Positions 13,593 through 24,561 of a stretch of 64,000 nt of DNA are shown here, piece after piece (position 1 is the stretch's first letter; the number at the start of each line of letters is the position of its first letter). The stretch lies in the NCBI GenBank assembly GCA_964016885.1, contig OZ024753.1, forward strand, positions 43,524,001 to 43,588,000, given 5' to 3'. The notes beneath the pieces were generated by a model. That model did not search any database, had not been told where the DNA came from, and saw nothing but the letters and a program-made list of their open reading frames with translations. Both the position numbers and the translations under genes were made by a program. This DNA comes from Eledone cirrhosa (taxonomy: Eukaryota).

Positions 13593-13782
13593 TGTTTCTA
13601 CTTTTGGCACAAGGCCAGCAAATTACCCAGTGCATTACTGGTACTTTATATTATCGACCCCGTAAGGATGAAAGGCAAAGTTAACCTCGGCGGGATTTGA
13701 ACTCAGAATGGCAAGGGCCGTAACTCTATGCATCAAAGCATGGCATCCGACTCTCTACCGATACTGCCAATCCACCGCCTAT
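13593..13782 (-). mobile_element. family A (Meta-like) SINE, full length, 21-bp TSD
   Basis: CCAGAGAAGGATAGAGATAAT at 13572-13592 and 13783-13803. Confidence 0.9.
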
Positions 13783-13953
13783 CCAGAGAAGGATAGAGAT
13801 AATGAGAGATAATTGAAAAGATGAAAAGAAAAGTTAACCTTGACAGGACTTGAACTCAGAGAACTGAAACAACTACTGCCAAACATTTTATCCAATAACT
13901 CTGCCAGTTTGCTGCCTTACACAATAATATACATATATTATATATATAATATA

Positions 13954-13984
<31 letters not shown>

Positions 13985-13994
<10 letters not shown>

Positions 13995-14255
13995 TCCTTG
14001 AGCAAGACACTTTATTTCACATTCCTCCAGTTTACTCAGCTGTAGAAATGAGATGATAGGGACTGGGGTCTCTATCATTCCACTGCAAAGAGGTCGTGGA
14101 GGTGCCATGGCAAAAAAGCACCCAGCACTCACTGTAAATGAGGTTGGTGTTAGGAAGGGTATCCAGCTGTAGAAATCAAGCCAGAATCAGTTCCCGTTCC
14201 ACCCTTGCAAGCAGGGAAAAGCGGACGTAAAATGATGATGATGATGATGATGATA
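13985..14255 (+). mobile_element. Ceph-like SINE (CORE part, RTE-derived 5' part, RTE 3' tail ending (ATG)n), family C
   Basis: CTTGAGCAAGACACTTTATTTCAC..ACTCAGCTGTAGAAATGAG, GGTTGGTGTTAGGAAGGGTATCCAGCTGTAGAAA, then CCCTTGCAAGCAGGGAAAAGCGGACGTAAAATGATGATG; related copies at 14700-14845, 17146-17400, 22710-22960 and 57850-58040 (-) and 28757-29000 (+). Confidence 0.7.
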
Positions 14256-14879
14256 TAATTATCATTTTCTAAGTGTGGAATATCAGCTTCTACCTCTGAC
14301 CTTTACAGTCCCTCTGAGATTGATTCTATTGATGTGATGTCATGAGAGACTCTAAAACAATATATATATTATATACACACATATTTTTTAATTCAAAATA
14401 TTTTAAACTGACATAAGAAAAGAGAAATATCCTTGTGGGATTTATGGTATTCTATAAAATTTTGTGTAGTGTCTAATTCCTATTAAAAAGATGTAGCTAT
14501 TTAACTTGAAACCAGTTTACTCAGAGGTCGAGATAAATAGCACCATTGCGTATTAATAGGAACTAGTTTTAGTTTGAAATATCTTTGATGAGATGCAACA
14601 ATATTTATACTACTGAATATCTGAATATATATATATATCTGAATATATATATATATGTAGAGGTTATATTTAATTTGTTGGGATACAACAAGCAAAATAT
14701 ATCATCATCATCATCATCATCGTTTAACGTCCATGTTCCACGCTAGCATGGGTTTGGACGGGAGTTTTCCCACTTGAGGCAAGAGTGGTTGTCTTGCTCA
14801 CATAGGACTGTCTGGCGGGTTTTCTACAGCTGGATGCCCTTCCTAATATATATATATATATATATATTCGTGAATGATT

Positions 14880-15078
14880 AATAATTGTTTCTACAATAGG
14901 CACAAGGCCAGCAATTGTCCCCAGTGTATTACTGGTACTTTATTTTATCGACCCCCGTTAGGATGAAAGGCAAAGTTAACCTCAACGGGATTTGAACTCA
15001 GAATGGCAAGGGCCGTAACTCTATGCGTCAAAGCATGGCGTCCGACCCTCTACCGATACTGCCAATTCACCGCCCTAA
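14880..15078 (-). mobile_element. family A (Meta-like) SINE, full length
   Basis: Colinear with 13593-13782. Confidence 0.85.
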
Positions 15079-15412
15079 TAATACATTTATGTATCCACCA
15101 TGTTAAGAGCAAAAATTAATCTTGTTTATATATATAAATATATATATAATAAATAGATATATATATAAATGAAGTAATTCCGTTGGAAAGGTACAGGAAA
15201 AAAGAGTGCTCTATGTAGGTTACAGAGCTTATTAGTTATGTAATAAAAAACATAAGATAATTATTTCATTTACCAGTGGTTGAAAGCAGGTAAATCTGCT
15301 TTCAGTCATTAGAATGAATAAAACATGGTGTTTCTATTAAATGTGGATTTGAAAACAAAAATATAAGAAATATCAAAGTGAGGCTGAGGAAACAACGGGC
15401 GAAGCAGAAAAG

Positions 15413-15452
<40 letters not shown>

Positions 15453-15619
15453 CCAGTTTAAAACTAGTGAGGCTATTACACAACATATTTCTTGATACTT
15501 GGGGTTGTAGTGTATGACTATATTACAGACTCTGGAACTGGCTGTTGAAATGCGGCAAAAGCTCAATTGTTGGGTCCCGACTCTTTATATTATATATATT
15601 TTTTTTAACGATCGACTTT

Positions 15620-15780
15620 CGTCAAATCGGACCGAGGGAACAATGTTTCCGTTGGTCTTTCCAATTGCTAATACTATCTATCAGTCGCAACTCCAGGTAG
15701 AAGGAGCAACGTGAAATAAAGTGTCTTGCTCAAGGACATAACGCATCACCTGGTCCAGGAATCGAACTCACAATGTTATA
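15620..15780 (-). mobile_element. family B SINE, 5'-truncated
   Basis: GGGAATCGAACTC (B-box reverse complement) and GAAATAAAGTGTCTTGCTCAAGG. Confidence 0.75.
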
Positions 15781-15928
15781 CAAAATAATACATCCATATT
15801 GATTTGAAGCGGAGAGAGATGTTATGGGAGGAAAAACCAGTTGTCTGTTGGTGCTTCATTGACACTGAAACTCTGAGATAGAAACAAATCAATTCCTGCT
15901 TATATATTCAACTTCTTAGAGGACATAT

Positions 15929-15961
<33 letters not shown>

Positions 15962-15963
15962 AT

Positions 15964-16145
15964 AACAACTTTAATATAGAAATGGCTTCTACAGGACTAG
16001 AACTGTTCCATTCAAAGGAAATCCTGATGATTTCCTTCGAATGAAACTGTTCTAGTCCTGTAGAAGCGATTTCTATATTAAATTTGTTGTTTACACTCTA
16101 CTAATGTATTGAGTACCTTACTTACTGTGGTTACCCCCGATTGAA
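15964..16145 (+). mobile_element. fold-back element P2 (about 55-bp inverted arms plus tail) with partial hammerhead core; probable Penelope-like pLTR remnant
   Basis: Arms 15970-16023 and 16029-16082; CTGATGA at 16024 and GAAA at 16043; tail ACTCTACTAATGTATTGAGTAC; second copy at 29620-29790. Confidence 0.6.
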
Positions 16146-16159
16146 ATATATATAATGAA

Positions 16160-16330
16160 GGAAGTGTGGTAAGGAACTAGGTGGACCATAACGCACCAGA
16201 GTACTCAATACTTAGGGTAGTAGAGTGGGTAATAGGAAATTGTTCAAGACCCCGACTGCAGAGCTCAGTCCAGAAATAGCCGTCGAAACGGCTTGAGCTC
16301 TGCTGTCGGAGTCTTGAACAATTTCCTATA
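16160..16330 (-). mobile_element. fold-back element P1 (about 36-bp inverted arms plus tail) in (TA)n
   Basis: ATAGGAAATTGTTCAAGACCCCGACTGCAGAGCTCA / TGAGCTCTGCTGTCGGAGTCTTGAACAATTTCCTAT; homologues at 17700-17860, 45783-45890, 46762-46880 and a degenerate one at 15490-15590. Confidence 0.65.
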
Positions 16331-16435
16331 TATATATATATATATATATATTATAAATAAAACATTTAAAGTTATATTGATCTTGAATGCTTGATGGTTG
16401 TTTCTGCTGAAACTGTAGAATGTTCACAGGGTCAG

Positions 16436-16523
16436 TTAGTAAGAGATGAAAGGGGTGTCAGAATATGAATAGAGAACAGTTGCGCTTTCTTCTGTTTCAC
16501 TCCATTCAATATCATAAGCTTCA
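16436..16523 (-). CDS. candidate terminal coding exon of an unidentified minus-strand gene (EAYDIEWSETEESATVLYSYSDTPFISY*)
   Basis: Strong polypyrimidine acceptor TTTTGTTTCATTTTATCTGTTGCTCCTTTGTGACAG, then a phase-2 open frame of 28 non-repetitive codons to TAA; no homology recognised and no upstream exon established. Confidence 0.35.
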
Positions 16524-17112
16524 CTGTCACAAAGGAGCAACAGATAAAATGAAACAAAACAAAACAAAACATAAAAATAAATAAATAGAAATAACATAAT
16601 AAAAATATAATAAATATATATATATAAATAAATAGAAACAATAACATAAAAAATATAATTTTTAAATATATAAATAAATAGAAATTATAACAAATAGAAA
16701 CGAAAAACAATAACATAAACAAAGCAAAAAAATAAATATATAAATAAATATAAATAATAAAAATATAAATAAAATAAATAGAACCCCAAATAAAACAATA
16801 ACCAAACAACAACATCAAAGTTTGAAAACTGCCAACAACAACATAGAAGAACGAAAGAGAGAGAGAGAGAGTCAACATATTTACAACATTGGGTTTTATT
16901 ATACAAAATGATACATCCATATTGATTTGAAGCGGAGAGAGATGTTATGGGAAGAAAAACCAGTTGTCTGTTGGTGCTTCATTGACACTGAAACTCTGAG
17001 ATAGAAACAAATCAATTCCTGCTTATATATTCAACTTCTTAGAGGACATATATTTTGAGTTAAGTTTGTGTCGTCAGAGGTCAGTTGTACTACCACAGAG
17101 CTTTCTTTCACA

Positions 17113-17145
<33 letters not shown>

Positions 17146-17146
<1 letters not shown>

Positions 17147-17400
17147 CATCATCATCATCATCATCAACGTTTAACGTCCGTGTTCCACGCTTGCATGGGT
17201 TTGGACGGGGGTAGTCCCACTTGAGGCAAGAGTGACTGTCTTGCTCGCATAGGACTGTCTGGCAGGTTTTCTACAGTTGGATGCCCTTCCTAACACCAAC
17301 CACATTTACAGTGTGGAACTGGGAGGTTTTTACCGTGTAGCCTACACGGCCACATTTACAGCGTGGACTGTGTGTTTTTTGTCGTGACACCTACACGATC
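17146..17400 (-). mobile_element. family C (Ceph-like) SINE 3' part
   Basis: (CAT)n-CGTTTAACGTCCGTGTTCCACGCTTGCATGGG...GGATGCCCTTCCTAACACCAACC. Confidence 0.75.
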
Positions 17401-17431
17401 TCATTTGTTTCGGCCTGGATGTTGTGGGACC

Positions 17432-17670
17432 AACACATATATGTATGTATATATATACACATATATGTATGTATATATATACACATATATGTATGTATAT
17501 ATATATACACATATATGTATGTATATATATACACATATATGTATATATATATATACACATATATGTATGTATATATATACATATATGTATGTATATATAT
17601 ACATATTTGTATGTATATATATATATACATATATGTATATATATATATACATATATGTATATATATATCA
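17432..17670. repeat. (TA)n/ACACATATATGTATGTATATAT higher-order microsatellite
   Basis: Directly visible. Confidence 0.9.
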
Positions 17671-17699
17671 TCATCATCATCAGTATATATCTTATAGGC

Positions 17700-17860
17700 T
17701 GTGGTAAAAAACTAGGTGAACCATAAGTCATCAGAGTACTCAATACTTGGGGTAGTAGAGTGGGTTATATGAAAAGATTCAGGACCTCGACGGCTGAGCT
17801 CCAGATCTAGCTGTCGAAATGGCTGGAGCTCAGCCTTTGGGTCCTGAATCTTTTCATATA
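17700..17860 (-). mobile_element. fold-back element P1, second copy
   Basis: TATATGAAAAGATTCAGGACCTCGACGGCTGAGCTCCAG / CTGGAGCTCAGCCTTTGGGTCCTGAATCTTTTCATATA plus the shared GAGTACTCAATACTT.GGGTAGTAGAGTGGG tail. Confidence 0.65.
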
Positions 17861-17899
17861 TATGTACATATATATGTGTGTGTGGGGGGTGGGGGGGGG

Positions 17900-18156
17900 G
17901 GGCTGAGTGGTAAATACCTTTGACTTGTGATCATAACATTGCAGGTCTGATTCTTGGTCTGTGTTCTTGAGCCAAACACTTCCATGTATCTCCAGTATAC
18001 TCAGCTGAAAATGAGTACCAGTAATACCTGGGGGGTTTAACCCTGTGATGGACTAGCAGCCTGTCCAGGGGGAAGTGTTGTCCTCTGAGTCGCTTCATAT
18101 CACAGAAACTGGGATAAGTAGTGGCCTGATGAGTCTCCGAGGCTTGAGACAGACTT

Positions 18157-18160
<4 letters not shown>
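17900..18160 (+). mobile_element. tRNA-derived composite SINE (CORE-like plus V-domain-like) with (TCTG)n tail
   Basis: GGCTGAGTGG A-box, ACTCAGCTGAAAATGAGTACC, CCCTGTGATGGACTAGCAGCCTGTCCAGGGG (resembles the V-SINE domain); a fragment also lies at 51445-51480 (-). Confidence 0.6.
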
Positions 18161-18193
<33 letters not shown>

Positions 18194-18385
18194 ATACAAG
18201 TATGGAAAAATAAAAATATATATTGGCAGGGTCTACCTTTCCATGCTGGAAGTAGTTGAATGAAGGAGGGAGGGGACTGTGTTTTCATGATGGCAGTTGT
18301 TGTTGTTGGTGTTGGATGTGTAAGGTGTGGTGGGGATGGTAGTAGAGTTATATTCTGCATGCTGTCTGTATTTGTCTTATAAATA

Positions 18386-18774
18386 TAATTATTTCTACTT
18401 TAGGCACAAGGCCAGCAATTACCCCAGTGCATTACTGGTACTTTATTTTATCGACCCCGTAAGGATGAAAGGCAAAGTTAACCTCAGCATGATTTGAACT
18501 CAGACCATAAAGGGCCGTAACTCTTTTCTGCAAAGCATGGCGTCAGACCCCCTATCGATACTGCCAATCCACTGCCCTAAATATAGTTGTTTCTACTTTT
18601 GGCACAAGGCCAGCAATTACCCCAGTGCATTACTGGTTTTTTATTATATCGATCCCGCAAGGATGAAAGGCAAAGTTAACCTCGACGGGATTTGAACTCA
18701 GAATGGCAAGGGCCGTAACTCTGTGTCAAAGCATGGCGTCCAACCCTCTACCGATACTGCCAATACACTGCCCT
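18386..18774 (-). mobile_element. head-to-tail dimer of family A SINEs
   Basis: Two colinear copies (18386-18578 and 18586-18774) with TAAATAT before, between and after. Confidence 0.85.
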
Positions 18775-19396
18775 AAATATGACTACCTGTTTGATTCTGG
18801 TATCACAATCCCTTTTTGTTCCTGCCTGTCCATGATTTTATCTTAGATATTTCTATAAATATTTTTTATGTTCATCAAACCTAGAGCAGCATGAAATAAA
18901 GTGTTCTGCTCAAGGACACCATAAGTCACTGGGAATGGAACTGTTATATATACAATTGTGAGCTAAACCTTCCCTAATATCTAAGTCACAAGCCTTCACT
19001 TTAGATAAATATATACACATTGAAAGGAACAGTTTTGTATTGCAGAAACGTGGGCTGGTTCCAGGCAGTTCTGTATCAAAAGGGTTTTTTTCTTTTTAAT
19101 TTTCTGGACAAACTTTTCTGTAAAATATTGCCAAACTCTTTCGATTTTTGTTGCAGTATAGCAATATAGTGGAAATGTATTATTTGTTCCTGCATCTCTG
19201 ACATTTCATAGACTAGTCACTGTGTATAGTTCAAAATATCCATTGATCCTCTCTTTCTCACCAACAAAGGCACGTTCAGCTATTCCCACTGAATGATATA
19301 TTATTCAACTATTCATGAAAAGCTTCTTTCATTTCCTCATTAGAGCCAAATATCAGAACATGTTATGCACAAGCATTTACACACCTATATATACAT

Positions 19397-19447
<51 letters not shown>

Positions 19448-20054
19448 CACACCTATATAAACATAGACTGCGGCAAAAATACATACACGTAGATACACAC
19501 AAACACAAACATGTTCTCACACACACACACAGATGCATAAATGTGTCCATATATATAACCATAGCTAAACACACACTGATATGTAACACACAAAATCCCA
19601 ACTGTATTCCCTTATACAAACACTCTCACCCCTTGTGCATAGACACATTTGTCAGTACAGGAAAACACAGCAATTATTGAAAAGCATCTTGTAAATTTCG
19701 ATTAGAAATGTCTCTTATGAGTTTCGTCTTATTTTCACAACTTCCAAGCCATAAATCACCATGAATTTATAAATTTTTCCTTCCCTCTGCTGTATTTTTG
19801 CTTATGCTAACAGATCAAACATGAATATCCTGGGGAACCAAACATAACTTTCTAACTTTGTTCTCCACACCCATGACATATGCCTATAAATTTCCTACCA
19901 ATGCAAATATTGCCATAATGTTCTGTCTTGCATAAACACTGTAATTGTGCATCATTTCCTATAGCTTCAGCCCTTATATCCATAGACGTCTATTGAAGGG
20001 AGTTTATTAATACATTTGCACATCATTTCCAACAGTTTCACATTTATAAAACAC

Positions 20055-20700
20055 TATGGGAAGAGGTGGTGGGAGCAGATTGGAAATTGTTGAGGCTCAT
20101 GTGACAGAGGAGATGACAAAGGAATGCAACAAGTAGAGAGATGCTGTACTGAAGGCATGTCAAAGCTGAGGGTCCCCAGGGCCACATGGGACAAATGTGT
20201 TGTCTGAGGGCCACACACGACAAATAATTGCGCACATTACAATTAATTTTTGAAATTTTATATTACGAAGATAAAACATGCTCGCGCTGTAAAAACCTTT
20301 GTGTGGGCCACAGGTGTGTTGTAAGGACCACAGGTGTGTTGTAAGAGCCGCAGGTGTGCTAGTAAAGGGCCACAGGTGTGCTTGTAAAGGGCCACAGGTG
20401 TGTTGTACGGGGCTGCAGGTGTGCTTGTAAAGGACCGCAGGTGTGCTTGTAAAGGACCGCAGGTGTGCTTGTAAAGGACCGCAGGTGTGCTTGTAAAGGA
20501 CCGCAGGTGTGCTTGTAAAGGACCGCAGGTGTGCTTGTAAAGGGCCGCAGGTGTGCTTGTAAAGGGCCGCAGGTGTACTTGTAAAGGGCCGCATGTTTGA
20601 CATACCTGCTGTACTGAATTGGAGCAATCCAACCCATGTAAGTGTGGAAAAACGGACATAAAAATGACAATGACAACAACAACGATGATGATGATGATGA
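20055..20700 (+). mobile_element. RTE-clade LINE 3' end interrupted by a hAT MITE
   Basis: WEEVV.AD...EEMTKE...RDAVL-like coding tail; it continues after 20616 with CAACCCATGTAAGTGTGGAAAAACGGACATAAAAATGAC..(GAT)n. Confidence 0.65.
20152..20608. mobile_element. non-autonomous hAT (Charlie-like) element with an internal 22-bp tandem array
   Basis: TIRs AGGCATGTCAAA / TTTGACATACCTG; 8-bp TSD CTGTACTG at 20144-20151 and 20609-20616; GTAAAGGACCGCAGGTGTGCTT about 13 copies at 20305-20592. Confidence 0.85.
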
Positions 20701-20704
20701 TGAT

Positions 20705-20735
<31 letters not shown>

Positions 20736-20959
20736 TCCATTCAGCGATGACTGGTGGCCATGTATTTTACACTCATGACTGATTGATCATGGGTTTTCAT
20801 CACCAAGGCCTGGGCAGAATGTTTTGTGGAAGAAGAACAGCCATCAATATATGCATGTCACCCTTCTCCATGACACCAATGTTGTTCAATGGAAAGCAAA
20901 ATCCAACAGAGTTTGTGCAAGTGCAGTAATGCGCCAGCTTCGGTAATCAGAAGGTGTAA

Positions 20960-21092
20960 AAGCCATATTTGCTATCCTTAATTCAGTAGCCATGTCAACT
21001 CTTACCTGTGGCCATACATCTTGCGTAATGACTGAAACAATACAATGATGAATACAAGCGGCAGAAATGGGATACCTTAGGAAGGCATCAGC
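20960..21092 (+). pseudogene. decayed RTE-clade (Rex3/Expander-like) post-RT fragment
   Basis: Translates FAILNSVAMSTLTCGHTSCVMTETIQ**IQAAEMGYLRKAS, resembling the PTLTYGHE.WVMTER.RSRIQAAEM.FLRR motif. Confidence 0.7.
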
Positions 21093-21164
21093 CATAGAAA
21101 CCATGGTGAAAGGAAATATATGAGGAGACATGGCCATGAGATGTGACATCCTTTCCAACCCAGT

Positions 21165-21892
21165 CAGTATGGAAAATATATATAAAATATACATGGCTAT
21201 GGTGCGACCACACTTAAAATTTGCATCACCAGTCTGGAACCCCTATCTTGCTCAGAACATTGACCGCCTGGAAACTGTTCAGAGACGTGCAACCAAGCGA
21301 ATACCCTCCATCAGGCATCTACCATACTCTGAGCGCCTTGCTTCCCTGGGCATGGATACATTGAAGCTCCGACGCCTGGCAACTGACTTGGTAAACACCC
21401 ACAAAATTGTTAACCATGTTGCCAACAACAACCCTGTGTACCTTTTTGATTTCCATGTGTCTAACACACGTGGACATGCCCACAAAGTAAGAAAACAGCA
21501 CAGTTCCCATGACTTTCGGAAACATTTTTTCACGCTCAGAGTTGCTGAAGCATGGAACAAACTACCTGCATCTGCTGTTAACTGTCGAGACACTGCATCC
21601 TTTAAAACCTCCATGGAACAAACTACCTGCATCAGTTGTTAGCTGTCGAGACACTGCATCCTTTAAAACCTCCATGGAACAAACTACCTGCATCAGTTGT
21701 TAGCTGTCGAGACACTGCATCCTTTAAGGCCTCCATGCTTCCCGAGATCCGCCAACACTACAGCTAACACATACACACATGTACTTCACTGACATTTGTG
21801 TATTATTCTATGTACTATACATACACCTTTGACGAGTTGTAGTGCACCTGAGCACTGTACACAATAATTTCATTATTATCATTATTATTAAA
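21165..21892 (+). mobile_element. 5'-truncated CR1-clade LINE (ORF2 C-terminus and 3' UTR) with a 61-bp internal triplication
   Basis: VRPHLKFASPVWNPY...LETVQRRATK...YSERL..LG..TL..RR...TRGH...FFTLRVAEAWNKLP is a typical CR1 ORF2 C-terminus; (ATT)n tail. Confidence 0.92.
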
Positions 21893-21976
21893 ATGGTGTA
21901 GGTGGTGGTGATGATGATGATCACGATGATGTTGATGATGATAATGAAGAGGATGATGATGATGATAATGATGATA

Positions 21977-22306
21977 ATAATTGTTTCTACTTTTAGCACA
22001 AGGTCTGCAATTATCCCCAGTGCATTACTGGTACTTTATTTTATCGACCTTGTAAAGATGAAGGGCAAAGTCAACCTCGGCGAGATTTGAACGCACAATG
22101 TAAAGGGCCATAACTCTATGCTGAAAAGCATGGTATCTGACGCTCTACTGATTCTGCCAAATAATGATAGTAATGATAGTGATGATGATGATGATAATAA
22201 TTGTTTCTACATTAGGCACAAGGCCAGCAAACACCCCAGTGTATTACTGGTACTTTATTTTATCGACCCCCGTAAGGATGAAAGGTAAAGTTAACCTCGG
22301 CGGGAT
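21977..22306 (-). mobile_element. two family A SINEs (21977-22160 near full length, 22196-22306 5'-truncated) in (ATG)n
   Basis: Colinear with other family A copies. Confidence 0.8.
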
Positions 22307-22376
22307 TAATAATGACATTGATGATGATGATGATGAAGAAGAAAAGTAAATACCTAATCCTTCACCATTTTTTATT

Positions 22377-22407
<31 letters not shown>

Positions 22408-22709
22408 TTTTAATTTCTAGATTTAAATCAGAAGTGGCCAACGAAAATGTCTATTTTATGTCTGAAGAACTCTATAAAATCTCTATGAAAACATATTTCC
22501 ATATTTGTTTCTGTGAACACAAAAAGCTGAAGTGCTTTTGGCCATAATGCTAAGATAATTCATGAGATGGGGAAGGTAGAAATCCCAGTTTGCTGTTCCC
22601 AATAGTGTTCAGTTATTCATATTTTCAGATAATATATTTGTTTGAAAGTAGCAACACATCGTTACATAGAAAGTCATTACAAATACAATTCATATATATA
22701 TATATATAT

Positions 22710-22960
22710 ATCATCATCACCGTTTTACGTCCGTTCTTCCACGCTAGCATGGGTTAGACGGGTTGTCCTGTTGTGGGCAGTGTCTGGTCGGCTGACCATG
22801 CCTTGCTCATACAGGAACTGATCTGGCTTGATTTCTACAGCTGGATGCCCTTCCTAACACCAACCTCATTTACAGTGAGTGCTGGGTGCTTTTTCGTGGC
22901 GCCTACACGTCCACTTTACAGTGTGGGCTGGGTGCTTTTTTGCCGTGGCACCTCCACGAC
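22710..22960 (-). mobile_element. family C (Ceph-like) SINE 3' part
   Basis: TTTTACGTCCGTTCTTCCACGCTAGCATGGGTTAGACGGG...TTTCTACAGCTGGATGCCCTTCCTAACACCAACC. Confidence 0.75.
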
Positions 22961-22971
22961 CACCTTGCGGT

Positions 22972-23420
22972 GGGGGGGGGGCATATTGTTTATATGCTTC
23001 AGCATGTACCCATGGGAGGTCGGGTACCCTGTATTACTGCGTGACGCCAGAAGTCACGGTCGTGTGTCATTGACTTTGAGAGGTGTAGTTGGGTAAGGTC
23101 GGCTTTTATCACCTCATCCCAAGTCATCTTGGGTCTCCCCACTCCGCGGTTTCCATCAACTTCTAGTGCTCTGCACCTTTTTATGCAGCTGTCATCCTTC
23201 ATACGCATCACATGTCCATACCAGCGTAACCGCCTCTCCTGCACGCAGCATTTGATTCCTCTTATGCTCAGTCTCTCTCTCAATTCATTTATGCTTTGTC
23301 GTTCACGTATATTACTGTTACACATCCATCGGAGCATGCAGGCTTCGTTTCTCTCTAATCTACGTAAGTCTTCCACCTTCAGCGCCCAGGTCTCACTACC
23401 ATGCAACATCGCTGTTCGGA
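22972..23420 (-). mobile_element. 5'-truncated RTE-clade LINE (ORF C-terminus)
   Basis: [10 protein letters not shown]...[13 protein letters not shown]...[12 protein letters not shown]...[15 protein letters not shown]...DRDFWR, a typical RTE C-terminus with an uninterrupted frame to the stop at 22999. Confidence 0.92.
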
Positions 23421-23446
23421 TATTTATATATAGATAGATTAACAAA

Positions 23447-23495
<49 letters not shown>

Positions 23496-23906
23496 GTATA
23501 TATATATATATATACAAATATATATTTATATATAGATAGATTAACAAATAATTATATATATATATGTATATATTTGTTAATCTAAGGTGGGGCAATACTA
23601 AATAGCTTTTTTTGTGCCATTTTAGATAACAAACACAAATAACTTAAATGTAAAAGAAAAAAAATAACTTTCATATTTTGTATTATTTACATAGAAACGA
23701 GTGAAGGTGACATGGTTTGGTGGTTAAGTTGCTGGGTTGATGGTTGTAAGGTGGTGAGTTTGATACATGTTGCCTGGACAAGTTGGTATTTTGGGTCTGT
23801 TTACAAGGTACTATATTTCAGTTTAGTACTGGGGTCGATTTTTCCTCTCTATCTCTTTCTCACTCCCTACTCAGGCCTGGAGAGGGATGGGCTCTGCCAG
23901 GCTTAA

Positions 23907-24561
23907 CCCTTTAGTTAACTTTGCCTTTCATCCTTACGGGGTCGATAAAATAAAGTACCAGTAATACACTGGGTAATTGCTGGCCTTGTGCCTAACGTAG
24001 AAACAATTAATATACATTACTGTATATTTACTATTGTATTTTCACAGTAAAGGCTTTAACTCACATAATTATCTCATAAAATATTGAATGTATGATTGTA
24101 ATATCATTTATTTGATATTATTTATTTTGAGAACAATACCTTCGTACATCAGCATAGATGAGTTGAGAGAGAAACTGTGTATAAGAGGGATAAGTTGTGG
24201 TGTGCCGGAGAGAAGACTGCGATCGTATGGACATGTGATGCGCATGGAGGATGACCGTTGGGTAAAGGAGTGCCAAGAAATCCCAGAAGAAGGAAGACGC
24301 AATAGAGGAAGACCATGAAAAACATGGGCGGAAGTGGTGAGAGCAGACCTCAGATAGCTGAAGCTCACGGAGGAGATGACGAAGGACCGTGACAAGTGGA
24401 GAGATGCTGTACTGAATAGGACCTGTGCCACCCTTGCAAGCAGGGAAAATCAGATGTAAAATGATGATCATCATCAGTATGAGTGGCTGGTTTACAGCCA
24501 GTTTGAACAGAAAGAGGCGAGGGAATTCTGGCCAGATATGCCCAGTTTCAATGCTAAGGGG
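23907..24561 (-). mobile_element. family 1 MITE carrying a nested family A SINE 3' part (23914-24010, +) and a nested RTE fragment (24150-24472, +)
   Basis: TTAA|CCCTTTAG at the left and TGCTAAGGGG|TTAA at the right; MITE body resumes around both inserts. Confidence 0.8.
24150..24472 (+). mobile_element. 5'-truncated RTE-clade LINE 3' end
   Basis: DELREKLCIRGISCGVPERRLRSYGHVMRMEDDRWVKEC...RGRP*KTWAEVVRADL...DRDKWRDAV; tail CCCTTGCAAGCAGGGAAAATCAGATGTAAAATGATGAT. Confidence 0.88.

Noticed and set aside
19840-19920. CHGCGEQ zinc-knuckle-like peptide on the minus strand
   Set aside because: A stop follows immediately, the CCHC motif is incomplete, and there is no supporting ORF
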